Shown here piece by piece: positions 13,801 to 28,127 of a stretch of DNA of 64,000 nt. Source of the stretch: the human T2T-CHM13v2.0 reference genome, Homo sapiens. Below the pieces are notes generated by a model, which saw only the letters and a list, made by a program, of their open reading frames with translations, ran no database searches and had not been told where the DNA came from. The translations under genes and the position numbers were made by a program. The stretch is from assembly GCF_009914755.1 (NCBI RefSeq), contig NC_060942.1; one strand, 5' to 3'. Positions within the stretch are counted from its first letter, which is position 1. Each line of letters begins with the position of its first letter.

Positions 13801-15588
13801 AGTTCTCGCCAGTGCTGACACTATGCAGCTATGTCCTGAAACACACCTTGAGCCTCCATGGATGAAGCTCACATACTAAATGGCATCCAAACTCTCAACC
13901 CCACTCTCAATCTACTCACAACCCTTGGGGTCCACAAACCCATGTGCCAGTGATTAGCAGAAGCAGCCTCTACCCAACTTCTACTCCAACCCTACCACAT
14001 GCTCCAATGTCAGATTCTAAAAAACAGTGGTTAAAAAAAAAATACACTTTCATGTTTGGAGCACTTCTTAATAAAGAATATTTTGGTTCACCAAAGATTA
14101 AGTTATTTAATCTTATCTATTAATGAGGGTTACTAAATATCTAGCATGCTCTGAACACTGGAAATATAAGCAAAAAAAGACAACAGTCCCCATTTGGTGG
14201 AGCTTACATTCTTGGTTGACATCAAGTGGATTAGGACAAGAACATCTCTGTTCTTTGGACCTATCCCTAGTGTAACTCTGCTGTACATGTAAGAGGGTGA
14301 TGAATAAATACCCATTAACTTAACTTGATGTGAGAAACCAACAGAGCAGGAATATATAAAAGCCTCATGGGGGAGACAGGGCTTATCCAAGATTTAGACA
14401 TGGTATTTTGCTACTCAGCTCAGTAAAAACCTGTTAGATGTCAGAAGTTGACAAAATACTCATTTTCACCATTGTTCCTACACCTCAATAATAAGCCAAT
14501 ACACTGTGACTCAATGGATTTACTCTGAATTTACGATTTGATTAATGCTACCCCCCAGAGTGATGCCAAGAGCCTTAGTAGAGCTTAACGAAATTGACTT
14601 CAATAAAATAAAAGGAGTGATGTTGCTGAGCTATGTCCAATAAATCACAGAGTCTATTAGCTGACATTAATTTATAATTTCAGGCACAGCAATAAAACTA
14701 TTCACAATGCATACCTTTAAATTGGATGAGAAGCTCAGGTAGCAAATTCTGAATGCAGCAAATCCTTCTAGAATAAAAACAGAAAACAGTCTCTATGGCA
14801 ATAGCTTTGGGGAGTTGCCTTTAACCTCACCTAATGAGCCAACAAAATGTTTTAAGTGTACACTTAAATGTACAATTCAAGAAGTTAAATTGACTAGACC
14901 CACATTTTAAGACCTGCTGAAACACTAGCTGCAAACTTTACAGATTGACTCTCCAAGGAAAATTAGGTATTTGCTATACACGCATCAGAGGCAAAAAGTT
15001 CAAAGGAAATTGTGTATAAATTACACATATATAAGGATGAGAATTAACAATTCTGTTAGTTCTGTCTATGTACTTCCTCCATGTGTAATCTTTTCCTCTT
15101 CTGGTCGTTTATCTATAAACCTTTTTTTGGTCTCTAGCTACTGCCCACCACACACAGTCATATTAAATTTTCAATGGAAAAAGATAAAACACATTTCCTC
15201 AAAGGTCTAAAGTCATCAGGAAGGAGTGGGCAGGTGTGTCTTCAAATCATTACATTCATACATTTGGGAAAGCATAGAGGGGAGAAGGAAGAGGAAAATC
15301 ATGTAAAAAAAAAAAAAAAACTGCTCTAAAGGTGATCCTACTGAGTAAGGAGCTGTGTCGAAAACTAGAAGCACTATACCAAAGGCCATAGTGGCAATTC
15401 GCCACAAGGGAAAATGGTGGGAAGGAGGCACTGCAGCAGAAAACAGCTTGGGAAGTATTGAAAACTGCTATCTACTTGATATTTGAGAAACCTCACATTT
15501 GGGTAGTTTAGTGCAACGTAGCTAAATGTTTAAACTAAACCTCACAGTGGTCAGAGGAATAAAAACAAGATGATAAAACCTTTTTCTA

Positions 15589-15941
<353 letters not shown>

Positions 15942-16482
15942 TTATTCACCTTTGGCAACTTTTCCTAAGTCACCCCATGTCATCTACGTCAATCTGTATT
16001 ACACCCAGGGAATCCAAGAAAGTGAAATCGCTGTAGGGAACTGTCACCGGCCCCATAGGCTTCCCCTGGGCAGGGGATATTCTGAAAATGGGATTATCAG
16101 TGACTGACTAGTTCCAATATTAACATTAGTTTCAAAAGGTGAAAACTTGTAAATAGAAATTCTGGAATAGATAGTAATATATATGTATTCATATAGAAAA
16201 GGAAGATGCATGATGAAAAATATAAAGATAACTCAGTACCTATAAATAAATACTTAAGAGGGAAAAAACGGGAATATGACTAAAAAGACAATGAATTAGA
16301 ACTTTTAACTCAATAAGTCACTTTTCTACAAGGACAAAAAAATAAATCACTGCCACACTTAATGACTTTTCACATTCTGAGGAAGAAAGGAGTTTCAATG
16401 TAATTTGATACATATATGAATGTTATGTGTAAGTCACTAGGCTAGGTGCCATAAGGACTTACAGAGATTTTAAATATAAAAT

Positions 16483-16848
<366 letters not shown>

Positions 16849-18768
16849 CTAAAAGGTCAGTTGGGAGCTAGCTCTTTGAAGCATAGAGGAATTACCATGG
16901 AAAAAAAAAAAAATCAGAGTTGGGAGAAACAATACACTACTTTACATTTGAATTTCTGAGTGGAAAATTCAGGCTATAAGAAGGAATGAATAAGAGGTAA
17001 ATTGCAAATTTGTATTTTGAATCAATTAGAAATGTAAACTGTTAGGACTGTCAAACTAATCTTAACCCTATGCTAACTCGAAGATGATTTCTTTAGCATA
17101 ACCCAAATAGATGGTTTGTCTTTTCTTTCAACTGTGTTCATACATTTGTTCAGTGCATTCTAAAACCATTGAGTACAACACCAACGGTGATGGATTAACG
17201 GGTTATTAAAAATTGATTTTATTTTAAATAATGGTTTTGCATTTCAGGTTTTATTTCATCAATTTTACTCTTTTCCCTATTCACGAGCAAGAAGTATAAA
17301 ACTACCCCCTCAATTTTTCAAAATGGAACTAACAGTAAACAGAAGAGGTTATCTCTAAAATTTTTCAGCCAATAGTGATGGAGAGGAGACAGATTGCTAG
17401 GCATGTGGTTACCAACAGAGTGTACATGAATAAGTCAGTCTGTACTTCCCGAGCTATCTCCAGAAGGAAGAACTCAAAGAGGGTCTGCTTTAAGAAAAAT
17501 AAGAACCCCATTCGTGGGGTTGTTGCCCAATAACAAGATTTTGGAAATTTCTTATTCCAAGTTTATTCACCCTTTCCTGTGGTGAATAAATGCTATAGAG
17601 CAACCATTTTATAGCATCTGTGGTGACAAATGCTATAGAACCACCACAGGGAAGAAGTGTTGCTTAGGTTAAAGCTTCCATTGAGTGTGCATCTTCCTGG
17701 TATAATTGAGATCTGATGTATATGTGTTTTGAGTATGTGTATTTAAAATTAATACTCTTCTTTTGTAAAAATATTAAGTAGTGTTAGAATTAATACAGTG
17801 AGATCAAAGTCATAAATTGAGTTGTGCTGATAATATCAATTGTATATAGATCTCTAGGGATTTTTAATCTGGTTATTATAAACGTGGATATGTTTTTACC
17901 AGCTATTACCCACATCCTCAAAATGCAATACTCAAGGTCATCACCACTTGCCCCTATGAGCTCCTTACTCAAGACATATATCCCTCTATAGAAAGTTATA
18001 GTAAAATAGTTTTGTTAGAACATCTGCTAGGAAAGTGTCACTTTTTTAAATCAACAATGGCTAAGATGTCAATGGCTCCTCTTTAACGCTGGTGCCATTG
18101 CATATGCATGGCACAAACTGCACAGAGAAACCACATCCATGCACGTGGGAGAAATTAGAACCGAGACATGAGAATAATCCATAGTCAGCAACAGTAGTCC
18201 CAGTACCAAGAGTTCAACTGTAAACAGTGTCTAGCATTTTCAGTTTGGGTTATAACCAATTTTTTTATTAGACTCTTAAAGATCCAAGTAATAAATACAG
18301 TATAAGGTACAAGAATTCCGCAGTTGTTCAATATAAACTGGCCTGGAGAGGAAGAAAAGGCAAATGGATAAGAGGCTACATCATGAAATTGAGTAAGGGA
18401 TGATAATGGCTTTGAAGAGGGAGGGAAGCAGTTGGCCTTTAGAAAACAACTTGCCCAGTGGGTTCCCCGCCACACACACTCTACTTCTGCTTTCTGTGGC
18501 ATTTTCCCTTCTACTCTGAATGTATCTGTTCCCCAAAATCCACAATGGCTTCCATAAGAGATGTGATAGAGGTTGTAAGCCTCAGAGCTAAGTAAAGCTA
18601 GGCAAGGCCAAGAACATCAACTGTTTGCATGAATCACTAGTTATAATGTGGGTGTTTATGAACTGACTTCATAACTACCTGTGAAAAGATAATTGGAACA
18701 AAGATATGAGATGAAAGGAAAGGGTTAGTGTAAAGTAGAAGCAGAGTTAGATAATACCACAGTATCAA

Positions 18769-19158
18769 TAATATAATTTGGATATTTGTCCCCTCCAAAC
18801 TCTCATGTTGAAATGTAATCCTCAGTGTTGGAGATGGGACTGGTAGGAGGTGTTTGGATCATGGGGGCAGATCCCTCATGAATGGCTTAGTGCCATTCCC
18901 TTGGTGATGAGTTCACACGAGATCTGGTTGTTTAAAGGTGTGTGGCACCTCTCTTCTCTCTCTTCCTCCCATTTTTGCCATGTGATATGCCTGCTCACCT
19001 TTCACCTCCTGCCATGATTGTAAGCTCTCTGCAACTTCAGTAGGGGCAGATACTGGTACCATACTTCCTGCACAGCCTGCGGAACTGTGAGCCAATTAAG
19101 TCTCTTAAGTTACCCAGCCTCAGGTAATCTTTTATAGTAACTTGAACAGACTAATACA
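18769..19158 (+). mobile_element. MSTB/MSTA solo LTR (ERVL-MaLR)
   Basis: TTTGGATATTTGTCCCCTCCAAACTCTCATGTTGAAATGTAATCC...GAACTGTGAGCCAATTAA...AACAGACTAATACA. Confidence 0.9.
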
Positions 19159-22100
19159 GAATCATAGGCAATGAATTAGGTTTTAGAATTAAGCTTAATT
19201 GTATTAAAGTTTGTTGAATGAGTGAGCAAATGAACAAATGAGGCTATAACAACATCCACCAACCACTAAAAAGTTGACTTTGTAATTTCTCAGTTCTAGT
19301 AATCAGTAGCCACAGATTGCAATAGAGTTGACTTAAGAAATGAGAGCAGGCAGCAATATAAGTGAGTATGCAGCAACGAACCTCAGTCCCAAAGGCTAAA
19401 ATACAATTGCCTTGACAAAGTCACAAACTTTGTGAGACTTGGGAAAGAAAAATACAAGCAATTCTGACGAAAGAAAAGAATTGACATGGGGGAGGCAGAG
19501 TAAGATGGCCAAACAAAACCCTCCAGCAAATGCTCCCCCTGCAGAAACACCAAATTGAACAACTTATCCACACAACAACCAAAAATAGGTGAGAGATCAC
19601 AGTATCTGGTTTTAACATCATATCAAGGAAAGAAGCCCTAAAGAAGGTAGGAAAGACAGCCTTGAACTGCTGATACACCTTCTGCCCCATTCCAAAAGCA
19701 GCTATGTGGCATGGAGAGAAAATCTGTATGCTTCTGGGAGGCAGAGCACAGCTATTAAGGGACTTTTCTTCAGAACTCAGTGCTGCCTTGTCACAGCAGA
19801 AAGCAACACAGGCCAGTTGGAAAACTGAACTTGCCCAGTGGGTTTTCCCCACCAATTCTACTTCTACTTTAAGTGTACCCATGGAGGGAGCACTTAAACC
19901 AGCCCTAGCCAGAAAGCAATTGCCCATCCCAGCCATCAGAGCCTGAGTTCTGACAAGGCTCACCACCACAGGATAACGTGCTCTGGGGACCTCAATAAAC
20001 TTGAAAGTTGGTCTAGGCCACAAGGACTACAATTCCTGGGCAAGTCCTGCTGCTGTGCTGGGCTTGGAGCCAGTGAACTTCGGATGCACATGACCTAGTG
20101 AGGTATTAGCCGCCAAGTGGCCAAGGGAGTGCTTGCATCACTCCTCTGCCAACCCAAGGCAGTGCAGCTCACAGCTCATGGAGAGACACTTCCCTTACGC
20201 TTGAGGAGAAGAGAGAGAGGATAAAGAGGACTTTGTCTTGCAAATTGGCTACCAGTCCAGCCACAGTAGAATAGGGTGCCAGGAAGGGTGCTCTATTTCA
20301 GGACCTAGCTCCCAAAAGACTTATCTAGGCACCTTCCGGGCCAGAATGGAACCTGCTACCTTGAAGGGAAGAAACCAGTCCTGGCAGGATTCATCACTTG
20401 CTGTCCAAAGAGCCCTTGGGCCTTGAATAAACATCAGTGGTATATGGGCAGTACTCAATGGGCTTTGGGTGAGAACTAGGGCTAGCTGTGCTGGCTTCAG
20501 GTGTGACCCAGCACATTCCCAGCTGTGGTGAGACACTCCTTCTGCTTTAGGAAAGGAGAGGATGAAGTAAAGCGAACATTGTCCTGCAGCTTGGCTACCA
20601 GAATGGCTACAGTGAAGTAGAACACCAAGCAGGTTCCTGGGGTCCCCAATTCTAGGCCTTGGCTTCTGTGTGGCATCTGTGGATCTACCCTGGAGGGAGA
20701 AACCCAGTACCATTAGTAGCATTCATCACAAGCTGACTAAAGAGCCCTTGGGGCTTGAATGAACATTGGTGGTAGTCAAGCAGTGCCTGCCATGGGCCTG
20801 AGGAAGTAGGGGCCAGAGGGAGAGAATTCTTATGTGTAAGGAAAGGAGAGGGAAGAATGGGAAAGAGGCTCACGGGTGCCAGCTCAGCCACAGTAGAATA
20901 GAGAACCAAGTAGAGTCCTCAGGTTCCCAACTCCAGGCCCTGGCTCTGAGATGGTATTTCTAGACCTGCCTTGAGTTGGGGTAGAGGAAGCTCATCACCC
21001 TGAATGGAAGGACATAAGCCTGGCTGGATTCACTATCTGCTAACTAAAGAGTCTTGGGCCTTGGATGAACATTGGCAGTAGTCAGGCAGTGGTCACCACA
21101 GGCCTTGGGCAAAACCCAGTGCTGTGCTGGCTTTGGGACCGACTCAGCACAGTCCCAGTGGTGGTGGCCACAAGGGTGCTTGTGTCACCATTTGCCCAGC
21201 ACAAGGCAGCTCAGCACAGAGAGAGGGAATGTGTTGTTTGGAGGAAAGTAAGAGAAGAGAACACAAGTCCCTGCCTGGTAATCCAGGGAATTCTCCTAGA
21301 TCTTACCCAAGAACACAAAGTTGGTACCCCCTAAGTCTGTAAGAGTCACAGCATTACTGGGCTCAGGGTGCCTCTTAATGCAGATACAGCTGCAGTGACC
21401 AAAGAGTTAGATCAAAATATTCAATTCCCTTTAAATACTTAGAAAGGCTTCCCAAGAAGGATGGGTACAAACAAGCCCAGGCTGTGAAGACTACAACAAA
21501 CAACTGACTCTTCAGTGCCCAGATAAATGATGCACATCCATAAGCATCATGGACCATCCAGGAAAATGTGACCTTACCAAATGAGCTAAATAAGACACCA
21601 AGGACCAATCCTGGAGTGACACAGATATGTGACCTTTCAGACTGAGAATTCAAAATAGCTATATTAAGGGAACTCAAAGGAATTCAAAATAACAGTGAAA
21701 GAATTCTAAATCTTATCAGATAAATTTAACAGATTGAAATTTTTTAATCAAGCAGAAATTCTGGAGCTGAAAAATTCAGTTGACATATTGAAGAATGCAT
21801 CAGTCTCAAAAGCAGAATTGATCAAGCAGAAGAATTAGTGAGCTTGAAGACAGACTATTTGAAAATACAGTTAGAAGAGACAAAAAAGAATTTTAAAAAA
21901 TGAGGCACACCTACGAGATCTATAAAATAGCCTCAAAAGGGCAAATCTAAGAGTTACTGGCCTTAAGGGAAAGTGGAGAAAGAAAGACAGGTGCAGAAAA
22001 TTTAGAGGATCATAAAAATGAACAAGTAAATGTCAATAAATTAGAAAACCTAGAAGAAATGTATAAATTCCTAGATACATACAACATAAAAAGATGAGCC

Positions 22101-22564
22101 ATGAAGAAATTCAAAACCTGAATAGTCTAGTAACAAGTAATAAGATCTAAACTTTAATAGTCTCCCAGCAAAGAAAAGGCTAAAACCTAATGGCTTCACT
22201 GCTGGATTTTATCAAACATTTAAAGAACTAATACCCATTCCTACTCAAACTATTCCATACAATAGAGGAGGAGGGAACACTCCCAAACTTATTCTACAAG
22301 ATCATTTTTACCCTAATGCAAAAGCCAAAAAAAGAAAAAAAATACTTCAAAAAAAAGAAAACTACAGGCCAGCTTCCCTAATGAACATTGTTGCAAAATT
22401 TTTCAAAATACGAGCAAATTGAATTCAACAACACTTTTAAAAGTTCATTCATCATGACCAAGTGGGATTTATCCTTTGGATACAAGGATGGTCAAACCTA
22501 TGCAAAAAAAAAAAAAAAAAAATCAATGTGACACATTATATCAATAGAATGAAGAAAAAAACAT

Positions 22565-22912
22565 ATGATCATTTCAACTGATGCTGAAAAAGCATTTGAT
22601 AAAATTCAACTTTCCTTCAAAATAAAAACCCTCAAAAAACTGAAGGTAAGAGGAACATACCTCAGCACAATAAAAGCCATAAACAATAGACCCACATCTA
22701 GTATCATACTGACTGGGGAAAAACTGCAAGTCTTTCCTCTAAAATCTAGAGCAAGACAAGGATACCTACTTTCACCACTGTTATTCAACATAGTACTAGA
22801 AGTCCTAGCTAGAGCAATCAGACAAGAGAAAGAAATAAAGGGCATCCAAACTGGAAAGGAAGAAGTAAATTATCCTTGTTTGGAGATAGTATCTTATATT
22901 TGGAAAATGTAA
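22565..22912 (+). pseudogene. L1 ORF2p reverse-transcriptase fragment (non-functional)
   Basis: [15 protein letters not shown]...[38 protein letters not shown] is canonical L1 ORF2 RT sequence; the frame is broken on both sides. Confidence 0.92.
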
Positions 22913-23663
22913 TGACTCCACCAAAAAACTATTAGAATTGATAAATTCAGTAAAGTTGCAGGATACATAAATCAACATACAACATAAAAAAATTGGTAAT
23001 ATTATTTCTATATGCCAATGGTGAACAATCTGAAAAAGATATTAAGAAAATAATCCCATTTATAACAGCTACAAGTAAAATAAGATATGTAGGCATAAAC
23101 CTAACCTAAAAAGTGAAAGATTTCTACAGTGAAAATGATGAAACACTGATACAAGAAATTGAAAAGGACACAAGAAAGGAACAATATTCCACGTTCAGGG
23201 ATTGCAAGAAACAATATTTTTTAAAATGTTCATACTACCCAAAGCAATCTGTAGATTCAATGCAATTTCAATCAAGGTACCAAATGACATTCTGTGCTGA
23301 AATAGAAAAAATAATCCTAAAATCTAAGTGGAACCACAAAAGACCCAGAGTAGCCAAAGCCATTCTGAGATTTCAAAACTGAAAGAATCGCATTACCTGA
23401 CTTTAAATTATACTAGAGCTATCTATAGTAACCAAAACAACATAGTACTGGCAATAAAAACCAAACACATAGACCAATAGAACAGAAGAAAGAACGCAGA
23501 GATAAATCCATATATCTTCAGTGAACTCATTTTTCAAAGATGCCAAGAACATACATCAGGGAAAGGCAGTATCTTCAATAAATTGTACTGGAAAAACTGG
23601 ATATCCATATGCAGAAGAATGAAAGTAGACTGTAATCTCTCATCATATGCAAAAATCTACCCA

Positions 23664-23710
23664 AAATGGACTGGACACTTAAATGGATTGGACACTTAAA
23701 TTGGACACCT
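23664..23710. repeat. 17-bp tandem repeat (about 2.7 copies) inside L1 ORF2
   Basis: AAATGGACTGGACACTT AAATGGATTGGACACTT AAATTGGACACCT. Confidence 0.85.
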
Positions 23711-24456
23711 CAAACTATAAGATTGCTGAAAGAAAAAAATTGGGGAAACAATCCAGGATATTGTTCTGGGCAAAAATTTCTTGATTAATACCCTAAGGGC
23801 ACAGGCAACCAAAGCAAGAATGGACAAATGGGATCACATCAAGTTAAAAAGCTTCTGCAGAGCAAAGGAAACAAAGTGAAGAGACAACTAAAAATAGGGG
23901 TAAATATTTGTAAACTATATCAGATAAGGGATTAATAATCACAATATATAGACAGCTCAAATTCAACAGTAAAAAAATCTAAATCCAATTTTAAATAGGC
24001 AAAAGACCCAAATAAACATTTCTCAAAAGAAAACATACAAAGGGCAAACAGGCATATGAAAAGGTGTCCCCACATCGTTGATCAGATAAATGCAAATCAA
24101 AACTACAGTAAGATATCATCTCACTCCAGTTAAAATGGCTTTTATCCAAATGCCAGGCTATAATGAAAGCTGACAAAAAAGTGGAAAAAAGGGAATCCTC
24201 ATATACTGTTGGTGGGAATGCAAACTACTATAGCCACTATGAAGCTTCCTCAAAGAACTAAAACTAGAACTACCATGTGATCCCATTGCTTAGTACATAC
24301 TCGAAATAAAATTGGTATATCAGTGAGATATCTGCACTCCCATGTTTACTGCAACACTATTCACAATAACCAAGATTTGGAAGCAACCTAAGTGTCCATC
24401 ATTAAATGAATGGATAAAGAAAAAGTGGTACATATACAAAACTGAATACTATTTAG

Positions 24457-24790
<334 letters not shown>

Positions 24791-25329
24791 AAGATTCTGT
24801 CATTTGCAACAACATGGATGGAACTGGACAGTATGTTAAGTGAAATAAGGCGGGCATAGAAGGACAAATTTCACATGTTCTCATTCATTTGTGAGAGCTA
24901 AAAATTAAAACGATTCAACTCATGGAGATAGAGAGTAGAATGATCATTACCAGAGGCTAAGAAAGGTAGTGGAGGGTGGGAGAGGGAAGGGAAGTGGGGA
25001 TGGTTAATGAGTACAAAAATGCAAGTAGATAGAATGAATAAGATCTAATATTTGATATGACAATAGGCTATGGTTAACAATAATTTACTGTACATTTTTA
25101 AATAATTAAAAGTATAATTGGAATGTTTGTAACTCAAATAAATGGTAAATTCTTGAGGTGATAGATGCCCCATTTACCCTGATGTGATTATCACACATTG
25201 TGTGCCTGTATCAAAATATCTCATGTACCCCATATATACACCTATGTACCCACAAGAATAAAAGTTAAAGAAAATAACTACATGAATTTACTTTGAAAAA
25301 TATAAATTGTTATGTAAATGTTAATACAA

Positions 25330-25740
25330 AAAAAGTGATTTAAACAAAGAATCTTGTCTCTTCTGCATAAAATGTAGGGAACATAGGGCTTGTATGGTGG
25401 CTTGCCATCAGGTACCAGAAGACATCCAGGTTTCTGCTGCTTATCTCTATGGTATAGTTCTTATCTTCATAGTACAAGCTAGTGATTCAGGCTCATCAAT
25501 GTTGCAAGCAGCAGAATCAAGGAAAAGGGAGGAAGAAGGGTAAGAGACATGTACCAGCTATCATCTAAGAAATTTCTTCAAAGCTGTCACAGAACAATTC
25601 TATACATGGCTACACCTAGCTATAAGGGATGCTTCAGTCTTCATTCTGAGTGTCTGTGTGTCTGACCAACAATTGGAGGCTCTGTCAACACAAAGACAAT
25701 TGTTTGTTGACAGACAACTAGCATTTCTGCCACTGTTACA
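25330..25740 (-). mobile_element. Ancient MaLR LTR (MLT1J/K-like)
   Basis: GATTTAAACAAAG... and CATGGCTACACCTAGCTATAAGGGA motifs typical of old MLT1 in reverse. Confidence 0.45.
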
Positions 25741-25755
25741 ATTAAAATTGTTTTA

Positions 25756-26210
25756 GGCCAAGGCACAGTGGCTCACAACTGTAATCCCAGCACTTTGAGA
25801 GAGTGTATTAGTCCATTTTCACGCTGCTATAAAGAACTACCTCAGACCCAGTAATTTATGAAGAAAGGAGGTTTAATTTACTCATAGTTCCACATGGCTG
25901 GGGAGGCCTCAGGAAACTTACAATCATGGTAGAAAGAGAAGGGGAAGCAAGGCACATCTTACATGGTGTCAGGAGAGAGAGAGTGAGGGGGGAAAACCAT
26001 TAGATCTCATAAGAACACTGTCAGAAAAACAGTAGAGGGGAAATCTGCCCCCATGAGCCAATCACCTCCCTCCACATGTGAGGATTACAATTCGACATGA
26101 GATTTAGGTGGGGACACAGAGCCAAACCATATCAGAGGCCAAGGCAGGAATATGGATTGAGGCTACTTTGAGACCAGCCTGGGCAACACAGTGAAACTCC
26201 ATCTCTATAC
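25756..26210 (+). mobile_element. FLAM/Alu left monomer split by a THE1D
   Basis: GGCCAAGGCACAGTGGCTCA...CACTTTGAGAGAG, then the LTR, then GAGGCCAAGGCAGGA...CCATCTCTA. Degenerate TSD AAAATTGTTTTA / AAAATAGTTTAA. Confidence 0.85.
25804..26134 (-). mobile_element. THE1D-like solo LTR
   Basis: TGTATTAGTCCATTTTCACGCTGCT...GGGGACACAGAGCCAAACCATATCA, both LTR termini present. Confidence 0.9.
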
Positions 26211-26794
26211 AAAATAGTTTAACTAGAAAGCTTGTGATAAGATCCTGAGAGGAGTCTAATGGTCATGCAATGCATACCTTACACAAAAGCTCTGAGCCAG
26301 GAAGGGCAGAGGAGACTGAAATCCAGCCAGCACTTTTCCAATCAATGTGTTATCCTGTCCAGGGGTCGTATTCTAGCACAAGGCCTTGTCTGTCATGCTT
26401 TCTTGGACAGAGACCCACAAAGACAGCAAGCCATGTGCCCATCAGGCTGTATCCACTTTCAGAAGTTACCTTTTTCTAATTCATCTACCCAGAGAGGTTC
26501 TCTTTTCCTAATTCAAAAAAAAAGTATTGCCTTGACAAACTCTACTATCTAAAGAATAACCTGGATCCACAGCAAGTTACCATTCCATTTTATTGGTAAG
26601 CATCACCATAAAACCACAGAAAAGTAACATTCTTTTCTTAAAAATGTTGTGTGTAAAACTTGGTAAAAAAAAAAAAATGGTTTAGCTACAGAAAATACAC
26701 TGTCTACACACAGTAACAAAACATGAAGAGGGAATTCAAGAGTTTTATATCCTTGGTTTTACTTATTGAGAATTAAATACTGAGTAAGTAAAAC

Positions 26795-26990
26795 ACAGTG
26801 ATTAAAGACCAATGGAGTCTAGGGCTAGAACCCCTGAGTTTGCATTCCAGTTGTAATTTCTAGCTGTATAACTTTGAGCAAGCTAAATTCTAGATGCTTC
26901 GGTTTCATCAATGGTAAAAGAAATCCCTCCAATTTTCAGAGATTAAATATATCCACTTATGGAACTTAGAACAATAGGCAGTCAGTAAGT
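26795..26990 (+). mobile_element. MIR
   Basis: GTGATTAAAGAC...CTGAGTTTGCATTCCAG...TAGCTGTATAACTTTGAGCAAG...GGTTTCATC core. Confidence 0.65.
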
Positions 26991-28127
26991 GTTAAGTGCC
27001 ACTTAAACACACAATTGAACATTAACAAAACTTGAATAATCAAATTTTTCAAAAAGGTGCCATTTTTAAGAGAAGAAATGAAAGAGTGAACAAAAGATAT
27101 AAATTTTGCCTTCCAAAGCTGCTTGCATAAAGACAACAAAAATAAAAAGCTTCAGAATGCTCTTTAACTATTTTGGTTACTTGCAGATATTTAGGGCATT
27201 AGCTTGAAATGCCATGGCTTTCCAGCATCAAGTTCCCTTGAATTTCATTTTTATACCAACTAAAGAACTAGAAAACCACAAATCCAGAGAAAATATTTCT
27301 CAAAAGGCCCAAAAGAAACTTAAAACCACAGCTTAATATCCACCAAAATAAAAAGTATGTAAGTGCTTGCATCTAATATTCCATTTTTAGTGCCCTATTC
27401 TATATAAAAGATATGCAAAGAGGCACAAAGATATATATAAATCAGTAATTATAGTATTTTCCTTTGAAATTTTTCAAATATAAAAATGGATAGAATAGGG
27501 TAACGAACACTCATGTATTTACCTCTCAGCTATTATCAACTAATGGCCAGTTTCTGGTTTAGTGCCACCTATTTGCTCTCTACATCAAGAAATATTTTAG
27601 AGCAAACCACAGACATATTTTGGTCACAATATTATTTCAATAGGTTTAATTAAAGAATTGGCATACAACCTGCAATGTATGTTTAAAGTATACAACTTGG
27701 CAACTTTTAACATAGGTCTGTCTACACTCCTGAAATAATCACTACAATGAAGATAATGAATGTATCCATCACCTCCAAAAGAATCCTCCTCTTAACACTC
27801 CTTCCTCCCCAACCAACCAATCTACTTTCTATCACTTTAGATTAATTTGCATTTTCAGAGTTTTACATAAACGGCATCCTGTTATATATACTCTATTTTA
27901 CAACATTCAGCATAATTAGAGATTCATCCATGTTGTCGTGTAGATCAATGCTTCATTCCTTTTTACACAGTAGTATTCTATTATCCACATGTATCACAAT
28001 TTCTTAAGAGACAGGGAGTTGCTCTGTCACCCAGGCCCAAGAGCAGTGCCACAACTATGGCTCACTGCATCCCAGACCTCCTGGGCTGAAGAGATCCTCC
28101 CACTTCAGCCTCCTGAGTAGCTAGTAC

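Noticed and set aside
19421-20023. Longest ORF in the track (200 aa, minus strand)
   Set aside because: Antisense to the L1 5' UTR, no domain recognised; not the ORF0 of young L1PA elements.
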